A stretch of 64,000 nt of DNA from Candidatus Pacearchaeota archaeon (GCA_038874355.1 JAVZCO010000001.1:434159-498158); one strand, 5' to 3'; numbered from the stretch's first letter, positions 9,736 through 19,566 are shown. The notes: generated from the sequence alone by a model not told the origin. Made by a program: numbers and translations.

Positions 9736-11370
9736 ATGAAAAAAATATTTATTTTTTCTTTATTTAGTATCTTCACAATTAGTTTAGTTTTTGCTTCTTC
9801 TTATTACTATTATACTACAAATTGGTATTATCAAGGAAATCCAGTTAATAATGTTAGAGCAATGAATTTTAAATGTTTAGATAACGGTTGTTATAATTTA
9901 GGTGAAAAAACGTTTGATTTTACTTCACAGAGTAATAGTATAACTATTCCTTATTCTATTCCATCTCCACAATACGGCTATGCTAGTTATTGGTTCTCTT
10001 CTTGTTATATTTATCAAGAAATGGCTTGGAAACCCAATTCTATCGGGAGTTATTTACAAAATGTTAATTTCACAAAAAAAGAAAATTGTAATTCTTCTAT
10101 AGAAGAATTAATTTTTCCAGGTCTTATAAATAAGAGTCAAAATGTTAATATAACAGCAATAATAAAATCCGCTTTTTTTAATTTACCTGAAGCACCTTAT
10201 GCAGTTCCTTCTGATAAAGATCTTATAAAAGATTTTTTTTCTTCTGAAGTGAATATAACATTAGAAATAAAAAATTCTACAAAAAATATTGTTCATACTA
10301 GTTCAAAAGTAGATTATATTTATATGGATTCTTTAAAAGATATAGAATTTTATTGGATTCCGGATAAAGAAGGAATTTATAATATAACAATAAAAACAGA
10401 AGTTATTGATTGCAAATGTTCTTCTAATATAATAAATAAAAAATCGAAAATAATAATAGTTAATTTTACAGATCAATTTCCAATAAATGATACAAACCCT
10501 CCACAAATTACAATAATCTCACCAGCAAACATAACATATAACACAAACACAATTAACTTCAATATAACAGCAGATGAAAATTTAGATACTTGTATATATA
10601 CTTTAGATGAATGGCAAACAAATATAACCATGACAAAATTAAATGACACATACTTCTATAACATAACTCAATTAAACGACGGAAGCTACACAGCAAGGTT
10701 CTGGTGTAATGATACAGCTAGCAATGTAAATAATACAGAACAAGTTAGTTTTGTTGTTAATACTACAATAGAAGAAAATGACACAACAGAACCAATAATC
10801 TTTTTAATTTCTCCATCAAATAACTCTCAATTTTATGAAGGAAATATTAATTTCACTTATAAAGTAACAGATTTAAGCAATATATCTTATTGTAAATTTT
10901 ATTTAAATAACATAAGTGAATATACAGACAACTCTATTATAAAAGAAATTAATTTAACTATAACAAAAAATTTAACAAAAGGAAATTATTCTTGGTATAT
11001 AGAATGTGTAGATTCTTACAATAATGTTGGAGTAAGTGAAACAAGAACAATACATATTTTAGAAAAACAAAACAATACAGAAGAAACAGAAAAAAACAAG
11101 ACGAAAAAAAATGAAAGAGAAAAAAAAGAAATTTTAAAATTTGTTAAAGAAGAAGAAATATGCGGAAATTATATATGTGAATATTGGTTAGGAGAAAATG
11201 AATATAATTGTGAGAAAGACTGTTTAGAAAATATAAAACTTAATTATGAAAAAGAAAAAGTAACATTAAGCAAAAAAGAAACCAAAAATAATCTTATTTC
11301 ATTAATAATTTTTTTAATTTTATCAATTTTTATTCTTTTAATTATTATTTATCTTATTTTAAAAAAATAA
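9736..11370 (+). CDS. Secreted, C-terminally anchored surface protein with Ig-like modules
   Basis: Signal peptide; two DTxxPxIxxISP Ig-like modules; many N-x-S/T sequons; CGNYICE...CEKDC motif; C-terminal TM plus KK. Confidence 0.8.
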   Translation: MKKIFIFSLFSIFTISLVFASSYYYYTTNWYYQGNPVNNVRAMNFKCLDNGCYNLGEKTFDFTSQSNSITIPYSIPSPQYGYASYWFSSCYIYQEMAWKPNSIGSYLQNVNFTKKENCNSSIEELIFPGLINKSQNVNITAIIKSAFFNLPEAPYAVPSDKDLIKDFFSSEVNITLEIKNSTKNIVHTSSKVDYIYMDSLKDIEFYWIPDKEGIYNITIKTEVIDCKCSSNIINKKSKIIIVNFTDQFPINDTNPPQITIISPANITYNTNTINFNITADENLDTCIYTLDEWQTNITMTKLNDTYFYNITQLNDGSYTARFWCNDTASNVNNTEQVSFVVNTTIEENDTTEPIIFLISPSNNSQFYEGNINFTYKVTDLSNISYCKFYLNNISEYTDNSIIKEINLTITKNLTKGNYSWYIECVDSYNNVGVSETRTIHILEKQNNTEETEKNKTKKNEREKKEILKFVKEEEICGNYICEYWLGENEYNCEKDCLENIKLNYEKEKVTLSKKETKNNLISLIIFLILSIFILLIIIYLILKK

Positions 11371-11417
11371 AAATTTATATAAAAAATATTAATTTTAAAT
11401 TATATCTTAAAATATAG

Positions 11418-11430
11418 AAATATTTATAAA
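11418..11430 (+). promoter_or_regulatory. BRE-TATA promoter of the nrdR-nrdD-nrdG operon
   Basis: GAAATA-TTTATAAA. Confidence 0.6.
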
Positions 11431-11457
11431 CTTCAATTTTTTTAAGTAAATTACTTT

Positions 11458-11505
11458 ATACAATAAGTTGAATATAAAATTAAATAAAAATACAACATAT
11501 TGTAT
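11458..11505. promoter_or_regulatory. Tandem NrdR boxes (11458-11473 and 11490-11505)
   Basis: ATACAATAAGTTGAAT and ATACAACATATTGTAT match the acaCwAtATaTwGtgt consensus at 11/16 and 13/16; starts are 32 bp apart; directly upstream of nrdR. Confidence 0.8.
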
Positions 11506-11547
11506 TTTAAATATATTTTTAATCAGAAATAAAAAGGGGAACAAGAT

Positions 11548-11979
11548 ATGAAATGTATTTATTGTGGCCACAAAGAAACGAAAGTAACTAATAAAAGGGA
11601 TATAAATGATTTTGTTAGAAGGAGGAGAGAATGTTTAAGATGTAAAAAAAGATTTACAACTTATGAAAAAGCAGAAATAGATTTGATTGTTATAAAAAAA
11701 GATGGGAGAAGAGAAAAATTTAATAGAGAAAAATTAAGAAACGGTATATTAAAAGCATGTGAGAAAAGACCAATAGCAATAGAAAAAATTGATAAGGTTA
11801 TAGCAGAAATAGAGGAAGAATTAAGAAAAAGAGGAAAAGAAATAAAAACTAAGATTATAGGGGAAATAGTAATGAAAAAATTAAAAAAATTAGATAAAAT
11901 AGCTTATATTCGATTTGCTTCAGTTTATAGAGAATTTAAAGATATAAGTGATTTTAAAAATGTAATGAAAGAGGTATAA
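11548..11979 (+). CDS. nrdR: Transcriptional repressor NrdR
   Basis: MKCIYCG..RRRRECLRCKKRFTTYE zinc ribbon; ATP cone VIKKDGRRE; AYIRFASVYREF. Confidence 0.96.
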   Translation: MKCIYCGHKETKVTNKRDINDFVRRRRECLRCKKRFTTYEKAEIDLIVIKKDGRREKFNREKLRNGILKACEKRPIAIEKIDKVIAEIEEELRKRGKEIKTKIIGEIVMKKLKKLDKIAYIRFASVYREFKDISDFKNVMKEV

Positions 11980-11980
11980 A

Positions 11981-14104
11981 ATGGGAATTGAAAAAATAAT
12001 AAAAAGAGACGGTAGAATAGAAAAATTTGATCAGGAAAAAATAACCAATGCAATAAGAAAAGCAGTAAAAGCAGTTGGCGGAACAGATTTAGAAAAGAGA
12101 CCTAAATATCTTTCAGATTTAATTGTTAAAGAAATAGAAAAAAATATAGTAAGTAAAGGAAGAATACCACAAGTAGAAGAAGTACAAGACATTGTAGAAA
12201 AAATTTTAGTTGAAAATGGGCATTATCAAACAGCAAAAGCCTATATTTTATATCGTAATACACATAAAGAGCTAAGAGAATTAAAAGGACTTTTTGATAC
12301 AATAGAGGTGGTAGATGAATATCTTAATGGACAGGATTGGACAATAAGAGAAAATTCAAACATGGGTTTTTCACTTCAAGGATTAAATAATTTTATTTCA
12401 AATAAAATAGTTCCAAAATATTGGTTAAGAAAAATTTATCCAGAAAAAATAAGAAAAGCCCACGAAAATGGAGATATTCACATTCATGATCTAGGAATTC
12501 TAGGACCTTATTGTGTTGGTTGGGATTTAGAAGATTTATTAATTACAGGAATAACAGGTGTACCAGGAAAAGTCGAAGCTTCTCCGGCAAAACACTTAAG
12601 AACAGCTTTAGGGCAAATATGTAACTTTCTTTATACATTACAAGGAGAAGCTGCTGGTGCTCAAGCCTTTTCAAATTTTGATACATTTTTAGCTCCATTT
12701 GTAAGAAAAGATAATTTAAGTTATAAAGATGTTAAACAATGTTTACAAGAATTTTTATTTAATTTGAATGTACCAACAAGAGTAGGTTTTCAAACTCCTT
12801 TTACAAATATAACTTTAGACTTAAAAGTACCACAACATATGAAAGATAAAGCAGTTATAATCGGAGGAAAATTAGAAAATTTAGTTTATAAAGAATTTCA
12901 AGAAGAAATGAATATGATAAATAAAGCATTTGCAGAATGTATGTTAGAAGGAGATGCAAAGGGAAGAGTTTTTACTTTTCCTATTCCAACATACAATATA
13001 ACTAAAGATTTTGATTGGCAAAATACTAGTTATGATTTAATTTGGGAAATGACAGCTAAATATGGAATTCCTTACTTTTCAAATTTCATAAATTCTGATA
13101 TGAAACCAGAAGATGCAAGAAGCATGTGTTGTAGATTAAGACTAGACAAAAGAGAATTAAGTAAAAGAGGGGGAGGTTTATTTGGTTCTAATCCATTAAC
13201 AGGATCTATAGGAGTAGTTACTATTAATCTTCCACGTATAGGTTATCTTTGCAAAGATGAAAAATCTTTTTTTACTAGATTAGAAGAATTAATGGAAATT
13301 TGTAAGGATAGCTTAGAAATAAAAAGAAAAGTAATAGAAAACCTTACAGAAAAAGGATTATATCCTTATTCAAAATTTTATTTAAGAAATATAAAACAAA
13401 GATTTAATGAATATTGGAAAAATCATTTTTCTACTATAGGAATTTTAGGAATGAATGAAGCAATAATGAACTTAATGCCTAATGAAAATATCGCAACAGA
13501 AGAAGGAAGAAAATTCGCAATAAATGTTCTAGATTTTATGAGAGAGAAATTAAGAAAATATCAAGATGAAACAAATAATTTATATAACTTAGAAGCAACT
13601 CCTGGAGAAGGAACTACATATAGATTCGCAAGAATAGATAAAAAAAGATTTCCAGATATAATAGTAGCAAATGAAGAAGCTGTGAAAAAAGGTTATGCAC
13701 CTTATTATACTAATTCTACACAACTTCCTGTAAATTATACAGATGATATTTTTGAAGCTCTTACATTACAAGATGATTTACAAATAAGATATACTGGTGG
13801 AACTGTTTTTCACTGCTTTGTTGGGGAAAAATTAAAAGGAAATGACGTTAAGAATTTAGTTAAAAAAATAGCAGAAAATTTTAAACTACCTTATTTTACT
13901 ATAACACCAACTTTTTCTGTTTGTCCAGAACACGGCTATTTATCAGGAAAACATGAAATATGCCATAAATGTATGAGCATAGGGAAAAAAACAGAAACAG
14001 AAGTATATTCAAGAATAGTAGGTTATTTAAGACCTATACATCAGTGGAATGATGGAAAGCAAGCAGAATTTTATGATAGAAAAATGTTCAATATTTATAA
14101 ATGA
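11981..14104 (+). CDS. nrdD: Anaerobic (class III) ribonucleotide reductase with ATP cone
   Basis: N-terminal ATP cone; IHIHDL; RSMCCRL; EATPGEG; YSRIVGYLRP glycyl-radical motif. Confidence 0.96.
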   Translation: MGIEKIIKRDGRIEKFDQEKITNAIRKAVKAVGGTDLEKRPKYLSDLIVKEIEKNIVSKGRIPQVEEVQDIVEKILVENGHYQTAKAYILYRNTHKELRELKGLFDTIEVVDEYLNGQDWTIRENSNMGFSLQGLNNFISNKIVPKYWLRKIYPEKIRKAHENGDIHIHDLGILGPYCVGWDLEDLLITGITGVPGKVEASPAKHLRTALGQICNFLYTLQGEAAGAQAFSNFDTFLAPFVRKDNLSYKDVKQCLQEFLFNLNVPTRVGFQTPFTNITLDLKVPQHMKDKAVIIGGKLENLVYKEFQEEMNMINKAFAECMLEGDAKGRVFTFPIPTYNITKDFDWQNTSYDLIWEMTAKYGIPYFSNFINSDMKPEDARSMCCRLRLDKRELSKRGGGLFGSNPLTGSIGVVTINLPRIGYLCKDEKSFFTRLEELMEICKDSLEIKRKVIENLTEKGLYPYSKFYLRNIKQRFNEYWKNHFSTIGILGMNEAIMNLMPNENIATEEGRKFAINVLDFMREKLRKYQDETNNLYNLEATPGEGTTYRFARIDKKRFPDIIVANEEAVKKGYAPYYTNSTQLPVNYTDDIFEALTLQDDLQIRYTGGTVFHCFVGEKLKGNDVKNLVKKIAENFKLPYFTITPTFSVCPEHGYLSGKHEICHKCMSIGKKTETEVYSRIVGYLRPIHQWNDGKQAEFYDRKMFNIYK

Positions 14105-14129
14105 AAATAAAAAGAATTTTTAGATAAAA

Positions 14130-14885
14130 ATGAGAATAATAGGTTTAGAGAAAAATTCTTTTATAGATTATTCTGGTAAATGTTCCCTTGTTATTTTTAC
14201 TAAAGGCTGTAATTTTAATTGTCCTACTTGTCATAATAAAATTGCTGTAAAACCAAATAAAAGAACAAATTTAATAAAAGAAGAAGAAATTTTTTATTAT
14301 TTAGAAAAAAGAAAAAAATTTATTGATGGTTTAGTTATTTCTGGTGGAGAACCAACTATACAAAAAGATTTAATTTCTTTTTTAGAAAAGTGTAAAAAAG
14401 AAAAAATACAAATAAAATTGGATACAAATGGCTATAAACCAGATATTTTAGAAGAAATTTTAGAGAAAAATCTTGTAGATTATGTTGCTTTAGATATTAA
14501 AGGGCCTAAAAATATTTATTCAGATTTAGTAGGAATTAACATAGATATTAAAAGAATTGAAGAAAGTATAAAAATAGTAAGCAAATTTTCAGAATACGAA
14601 TTTAGAACAACTATCGTACCTATAAAAAGGAATAAAGATTATATTTCTTGGATGAAAATTGAAGAATTAAAAGATACTTTAGAATGGGTTTATAATATAA
14701 TAAAAAATAAAGAATCAAAATATTTTCTACAAAAATTTTTTTCAAGAGAAGAAAAACAAATGTTAAATAAAAATTTCTCTTTAAATTATTTATCAAAAGA
14801 ATTACATGAAACTCCAAATTATTTAATAGAAGAAATGAAAAAAATAGCAAAGAAATATTTTCCAAAAATAGAGATAAGAGATTAA
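14130..14885 (+). CDS. nrdG: Anaerobic RNR activase (radical SAM)
   Basis: GCNFNCPTCHN, SGGEPT, LDTNG, EFRTT; adjacent to nrdD. Confidence 0.93.
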   Translation: MRIIGLEKNSFIDYSGKCSLVIFTKGCNFNCPTCHNKIAVKPNKRTNLIKEEEIFYYLEKRKKFIDGLVISGGEPTIQKDLISFLEKCKKEKIQIKLDTNGYKPDILEEILEKNLVDYVALDIKGPKNIYSDLVGINIDIKRIEESIKIVSKFSEYEFRTTIVPIKRNKDYISWMKIEELKDTLEWVYNIIKNKESKYFLQKFFSREEKQMLNKNFSLNYLSKELHETPNYLIEEMKKIAKKYFPKIEIRD

Positions 14886-14950
14886 TCTTTAAAATAAAAA
14901 CAAAGATTTTTTAAATATAGTATTTTTATTTTTTATACCAATTTAATGAA

Positions 14951-15025
14951 GGTCCCGTAGCTCAGCCCGGTTAGAGCACTGGCCTTTTAAGCCAGGTGTC
15001 GGGGGTTCAAATCCCCTCGGGGCCA
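14951..15025 (+). tRNA. tRNA-Lys(UUU)
   Basis: GGTCCCG/CGGGGCC-A acceptor; CTGGC-CT-TTT-AA-GCCAG anticodon arm; GGGGG-TTCAAAT-CCCCT T arm. Confidence 0.95.
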
Positions 15026-15124
15026 TTTTTATAATCCTTTTATAATTTTCTTAAAAAACGAGCTCTGGCGTATTAAAGGGTCATTTTAAAATCACCTCTC
15101 TTTTTGTCGAATTCGGATTATTGA

Positions 15125-15327
15125 GACTTTGTTTTAATAAGCTCAGCCACACCTTTTTCATATTTGGAAGCAGGATATATTGGCCAGAATATTGTTTTAG
15201 CAGCTGCAGAAAATAATATAGGGGCATGTCCTGTTAGCGGTTTGTAGATGATACGTTAATAAAAATATTAGATTTGACAGAAGGGGAAATACCAGTTTAT
15301 ACAATAAGTTTAAGGAAAAAGAAATAA
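15125..15327 (+). pseudogene. C-terminal remnant of a SagB/ThcOx-type nitroreductase/dehydrogenase
   Basis: Manual translation YLEAGYIGQNIVLAAAENNIGACPVSG, frameshift, then VDDTLIKILDLTEGEIPVYTISLRKKK*; N-terminus absent. Confidence 0.75.
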
Positions 15328-15355
15328 TTATAAATATCTTCTTTTTAATAAATTT

Positions 15356-16342
15356 ATGGAAGTTGATATAATTAATATTTTTAATTCAAATAAAAAAATT
15401 TCTGTGAAAATAGTTAATTTATTGGACAAATCAAAACTCTTAAATGATAAAGAGAAATTTTTTGATAGTTTATTAGATGATATAAAAAATGATGGAGAAA
15501 AAAATCACGTAGGAGGATTTTTAAATGAAAACTTATTAAAAAACCAGTTAGAAAGAGAAATTTTTGACAAAAGAATAATTAAAGTTTCAATAAATACGTA
15601 TAAAAAACTAAAAATTAAAGATATAAAACATTTAATAAAAGAAGTTATTAGTCATGTTAAAGCTTTTTTAAATTCTAAAAAAATTTTAGTTTATGTTTTT
15701 CCTACATTTTCGAACTTTATAATCAAAAAAATGAATGGTTGTAGTGGCTTTCTTGCTTACAAAAACATTATTCATATTTATTTATACCCGACAAAAAACT
15801 GGAAAACAAACTTTAAATGCACTCTTTTACACGAATTTGCTCATTGTATACAACCTTACTATTCTTATAAAATGAACCTTTTCGATCATCTAATTGCTGA
15901 AGGTTTAGCAGAACATTTTCAAATGGCCTTTACTAAAAAAAGAAATGCTATTTATTATACTTCTAAAGATAACAAAAAAATGGAGGCTTCTGTTTTGACT
16001 TTTGGTATTGGTTTACAAAGAATCCTATTTTCTATTATAGATTCAAATAGGAATAATAAAAGTATCAATTTTCCGGAAGAAATCAGGCCTTTTGAATATG
16101 CTATTGTATTGCACAAAGGGGAACAGGAATTAGCAGAGAGATGCTATTCTTTTTTAAAAGCAAAAAACAAAGATGTTTACATTGATGATAGAGACCTAAA
16201 TTTTAAAGATAAAATGGATTATGCTGATTTTCTTAATGTTCCTTATAAAATAATTATAGGAAAAAACTCATTAAATTCGAAATTAGAAATTAAAACTTCA
16301 AAGGATGTTACTATATATAAGACACTTGAGGAACTAATATGA
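15356..16342 (+). CDS. Chimeric ORF: DUF2268-like Zn-protease N-terminus fused to a bacterial-type ProRS C-terminus (motif 3 plus anticodon-binding domain)
   Basis: LLHEFAH..AEGLAEHF, then FGIGLQRILFSIID..FPEEIRPF..VYIDDRD..KMDYADFLNVPYKIIIGK. Confidence 0.75.
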   Translation: MEVDIINIFNSNKKISVKIVNLLDKSKLLNDKEKFFDSLLDDIKNDGEKNHVGGFLNENLLKNQLEREIFDKRIIKVSINTYKKLKIKDIKHLIKEVISHVKAFLNSKKILVYVFPTFSNFIIKKMNGCSGFLAYKNIIHIYLYPTKNWKTNFKCTLLHEFAHCIQPYYSYKMNLFDHLIAEGLAEHFQMAFTKKRNAIYYTSKDNKKMEASVLTFGIGLQRILFSIIDSNRNNKSINFPEEIRPFEYAIVLHKGEQELAERCYSFLKAKNKDVYIDDRDLNFKDKMDYADFLNVPYKIIIGKNSLNSKLEIKTSKDVTIYKTLEELI

Positions 16343-17366
16343 TAAAGCCTAAAAAATTAGAAAAAGGAGATACCATTGCTTTTATTGCCCCAGCAGGTGG
16401 TTTAGCGGCATTAGTAAAGCATAGATTAACATTAGCTAAATCTTATTTTGAGAAAAATGGTTATAAAGTAAAAATCTATCCAACTGCATTGAAAAATATT
16501 GGCTTTAGTTCTGATACACCAGAAAATAGGGCAAAAGATGTTAATGATTCCTTTTCTAATCCAGATGTAAAAATGATACTATGCACTATAGGAGGAAATT
16601 CTTCTCATCAAATTCTAGATATTTAGATTTTGATTTAATAAGAAAAAATCCTAAAATATTTTGTGGTTATTCAGATATAACAACTTTGCATTTTGCATTA
16701 TATACAAAATGTAATTTTATAACTTTCTATGGTCCAACGGCAATTGCTGAATTTGGAGAAAAAATTAATTTCGAAAAGTATACTGAAGAGTATTTTTTTA
16801 AAGCAGTTGCTTCTAATTTACCTATCGGCAAGGTTTCACCATCAGAAAAATGGACTGATTGCAGAAAAGCAAATTGGCTAAAAAAAGAGGATTTACGATT
16901 AAAAAGAGAATATAAGAAAAATAAAGGTTATGAGTGGTTAAGAAAAGGAAAAGCTGAAGGAAAAATTATTGGCGGTTGTATTACTTCAATGATGCATACA
17001 AAGGGAACTGAATATTGGCCTGACTTTTCAGAAAAAATTCTTCTTTTAGAAACACCTGAAGGAGAATCTTTTTTTAAAGGAGAGCCCTTATCAAACATAG
17101 ATGGTTTTTTAGCAGATTTAAGGCTACTAGGTATACTTAAAAAAATAAAAGGTCTTATTTTTGGTAGAGGATTTGGGTATTCTGATGACGAGATAGAAAA
17201 ATTAAAAGAAATAATACTCTTTAACACACGAGGGTTTGACTTTCCAATTTTATACGGATTAGATATAGGTCATACTGATCCAAAAATAACTATTCCTTTA
17301 GGAGTAAGCGTTACTTTAGATTCTGAAAAAAACATTTTTTCAATAGATGAATCTGGAGTAAATTGA
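16339..17366 (+). pseudogene. S66 LD-carboxypeptidase / MccF-like peptidase, frameshifted near 16620
   Basis: MIKPKKLEKGDTIAFIAPA..CTIGG in the first frame; GYSDIT (Ser), LLETPE (Glu), IGHTDP (His) in the second; one base missing at CTAGATATTTAGAT. Confidence 0.85.
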
Positions 17367-17370
17367 TTTC

Positions 17371-17586
17371 ACGCAACCCCCTTTTTATTGTAAAATCGTG
17401 TCCCGCCACCTCCGATTTCTGACTTCTTGCCATTCTAATCTGCCTCTGTAGGGGTTGCCACCGAAAATTCTCCTGTTGTTGCCTTCGTTAAAATTCACAA
17501 AACGAAAACAAAAAACCCAATTTGCTTCGCAAACAAAGTCTAACATTGGTTAAGCGGTTTCGCTCGCTACACCCAAAGATTTTTCT
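17371..17586. repeat. 216-bp direct repeat, copy 1
   Basis: Identical to 21470-21685 by manual comparison; about 43% GC (92/216) against a far more AT-rich background. Confidence 0.97.
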
Positions 17587-17628
17587 AAAAAAACGGGCAG
17601 GGGCTTTTTATAATGGACAATTAGTTTT

Positions 17629-18306
17629 CTAGAAAAAATACTTATATATTTTTCCAATTTTTAACTCTTTTTTATTTCCACTTTTGGAAAAAAAATAAGC
17701 GGAATTGATTCCAATTATTTTATTGGAAGAATTTTTTAAATATATTCCCGTTCCTTCTGGAAGACCAATAATTTCCATATCGGTTTCTTCAATAATCTTT
17801 AATATCTCTTTATCATATTTTTCTTCATAGTGACAAAATACGCCTCTTTCGTTCAATAAATTCATCCCTTCTAAATCAACTAATTTAAATTTATTTTTAT
17901 CTAGGGGTCTGGCAGTAATAATGCTTTTTGTTAATATTATCGCTCCGGCACTTATCCCATAAACTACTTTACCTTCTTTGATAAATTTTCTCAATATTTC
18001 AATAAAATTAGAATCTTTCAATTCTTTTAATAACCTAAAAGTGTTTCCTCCACCGATAACGATTCCTCTAACATTGTTTAAATCCTTAATTGACTTATCA
18101 TTTAGAGTCGTCCACATTTCAAAATTACTATGGTTGAAAGGTGAAAATAAATTTTCAATCATCCAATTTAAAGAAGATTGAAATTCTTCTTTTTCCCTTG
18201 AATGAGGAATAAAAATTATTCTTCCATTTCCTACACTCTTAAAAAATAACGAGTTTATCTCTTTTATTTGTTCCCCTTTCCCTCCTCCAGATAGTATCAA
18301 TTCCAT
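17629..18306 (-). CDS. Peptidase E (S51 family)
   Basis: LSGGG, IGGGNT, GISAGA nucleophile, FCHY. Confidence 0.88.
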   Translation of the reverse strand: MELILSGGGKGEQIKEINSLFFKSVGNGRIIFIPHSREKEEFQSSLNWMIENLFSPFNHSNFEMWTTLNDKSIKDLNNVRGIVIGGGNTFRLLKELKDSNFIEILRKFIKEGKVVYGISAGAIILTKSIITARPLDKNKFKLVDLEGMNLLNERGVFCHYEEKYDKEILKIIEETDMEIIGLPEGTGIYLKNSSNKIIGINSAYFFSKSGNKKELKIGKIYKYFF

Positions 18307-18326
18307 ATTATAGATTTATTGCGTTT

Positions 18327-19511
18327 CTATTTTTTTAATCTTTCTATTAACCCTAAAGGCAAATCATACTTTTGGCCTAATTCTTTTTTAGAAACACTAG
18401 GCAAAATAATTTTTTTATTTTGTTCTATAGCTATCTTAATATATTCTTCATTTAATAGTTTTGGACTATCAAAGTATCCTGATTTTGTACCTTTTTTTAG
18501 TTGATTGAGGTAATTCTCTAAATTAAAGTATTCTCTGCAGTAATTTTGAAGATAATCTTTAAACTCTTTCTCACATTTTTTATATGTTTCTTCTATTCTT
18601 TTTATTTCTTCCTCAAATATGGGATTTAATAAATCTAAAAGCCCATCAGTTTGACTTTCTGATGCTCTAATTCTCGCTAAAACCTTTTTGGTTAAATATC
18701 TGATTTTGTTCCCTGGTCCTTTTGCTGAAGGAAAAATTCCTTGATTGGATGCTTCATTTAATGTTAGAATATGGTCTCCCACATATTGTGCATCCTCTTT
18801 CTGAAGATATGGGAAATTTGAAATTATTTTTTCAGTTATTTTTTTTAATTTTTCAATTTCAAAAACAGAATTATAACCATTGATTACTGCAACTAATCTT
18901 TCTAAGGCCATTCCAGAATCAACTAATTTTCTATTTTGAGGATCAATGTACGCTATATTCCACAACTCCCATTCTGTGGGAATATGTCCAATTTCCATTC
19001 GCTGCCCCTCTAAAGGGCCATCCTTAATCCTCCAAGACAATTTTGTTGGATCAAGTCTTCTAATTTCTATTCCTAACGAAGAATATCTTTTGGCATTTTC
19101 TGAAATCTCTTTTTTGTTATCTGGAACATTTAAAAAAATTTCATTAGGCGGAACCCCAGTCGTAATCAAATAGTCAATCATATAATCTGTGATCTTTGAA
19201 AAATTTGTATTGTTAAAAGAAAAAACTTCTAGCATCTTAAAGTTTGTTAAATGTCTAGGGGAATATCCAACTCTATAATCGTTATCCGTTCTTAGACAAT
19301 TTTGTATTCTTGCTAACTGTTGCATATTGGACTCTTCATTTCCCCTAAATACATTATCATATTTAATTCCCCCACAAATCATAAATAACACGGCCGCACT
19401 TTTATTTTCGGGGAGCAGGTTTTCTGATTTTTCAGTGCAAAAACCTAGTTTAGAAAAATAATCCAAGTATTCTACTTCTACTTCTTTTAATTCTTTAATT
19501 TTTTTATCCAT
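18327..19511 (-). CDS. Stand-alone alanyl-tRNA synthetase catalytic-domain paralog (no editing or C-Ala domain)
   Basis: QNCLRTD..VG..RHLTNFKML..FSF (motif 2); ELWN; DSGMALERL (motif 3); VGDH; GIFPSAKGPG. Confidence 0.85.
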   Translation of the reverse strand: MDKKIKELKEVEVEYLDYFSKLGFCTEKSENLLPENKSAAVLFMICGGIKYDNVFRGNEESNMQQLARIQNCLRTDNDYRVGYSPRHLTNFKMLEVFSFNNTNFSKITDYMIDYLITTGVPPNEIFLNVPDNKKEISENAKRYSSLGIEIRRLDPTKLSWRIKDGPLEGQRMEIGHIPTEWELWNIAYIDPQNRKLVDSGMALERLVAVINGYNSVFEIEKLKKITEKIISNFPYLQKEDAQYVGDHILTLNEASNQGIFPSAKGPGNKIRYLTKKVLARIRASESQTDGLLDLLNPIFEEEIKRIEETYKKCEKEFKDYLQNYCREYFNLENYLNQLKKGTKSGYFDSPKLLNEEYIKIAIEQNKKIILPSVSKKELGQKYDLPLGLIERLKK

Positions 19512-19566
19512 TCTATAGTGGTATAATTTAGATATATTTATAAATATTCTTATTTTCTTTTAAAAT

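Noticed and set aside
3811..14978. Identical CCGTAGCTCAGCCCGGTTAGAGCA in tRNA-Ile and tRNA-Lys as a possible att duplication
   Set aside because: Ordinary D-arm conservation between two complete tRNAs
16581..16630. Programmed frameshift in the S66 peptidase
   Set aside because: No slippery heptamer or stimulatory structure at the break
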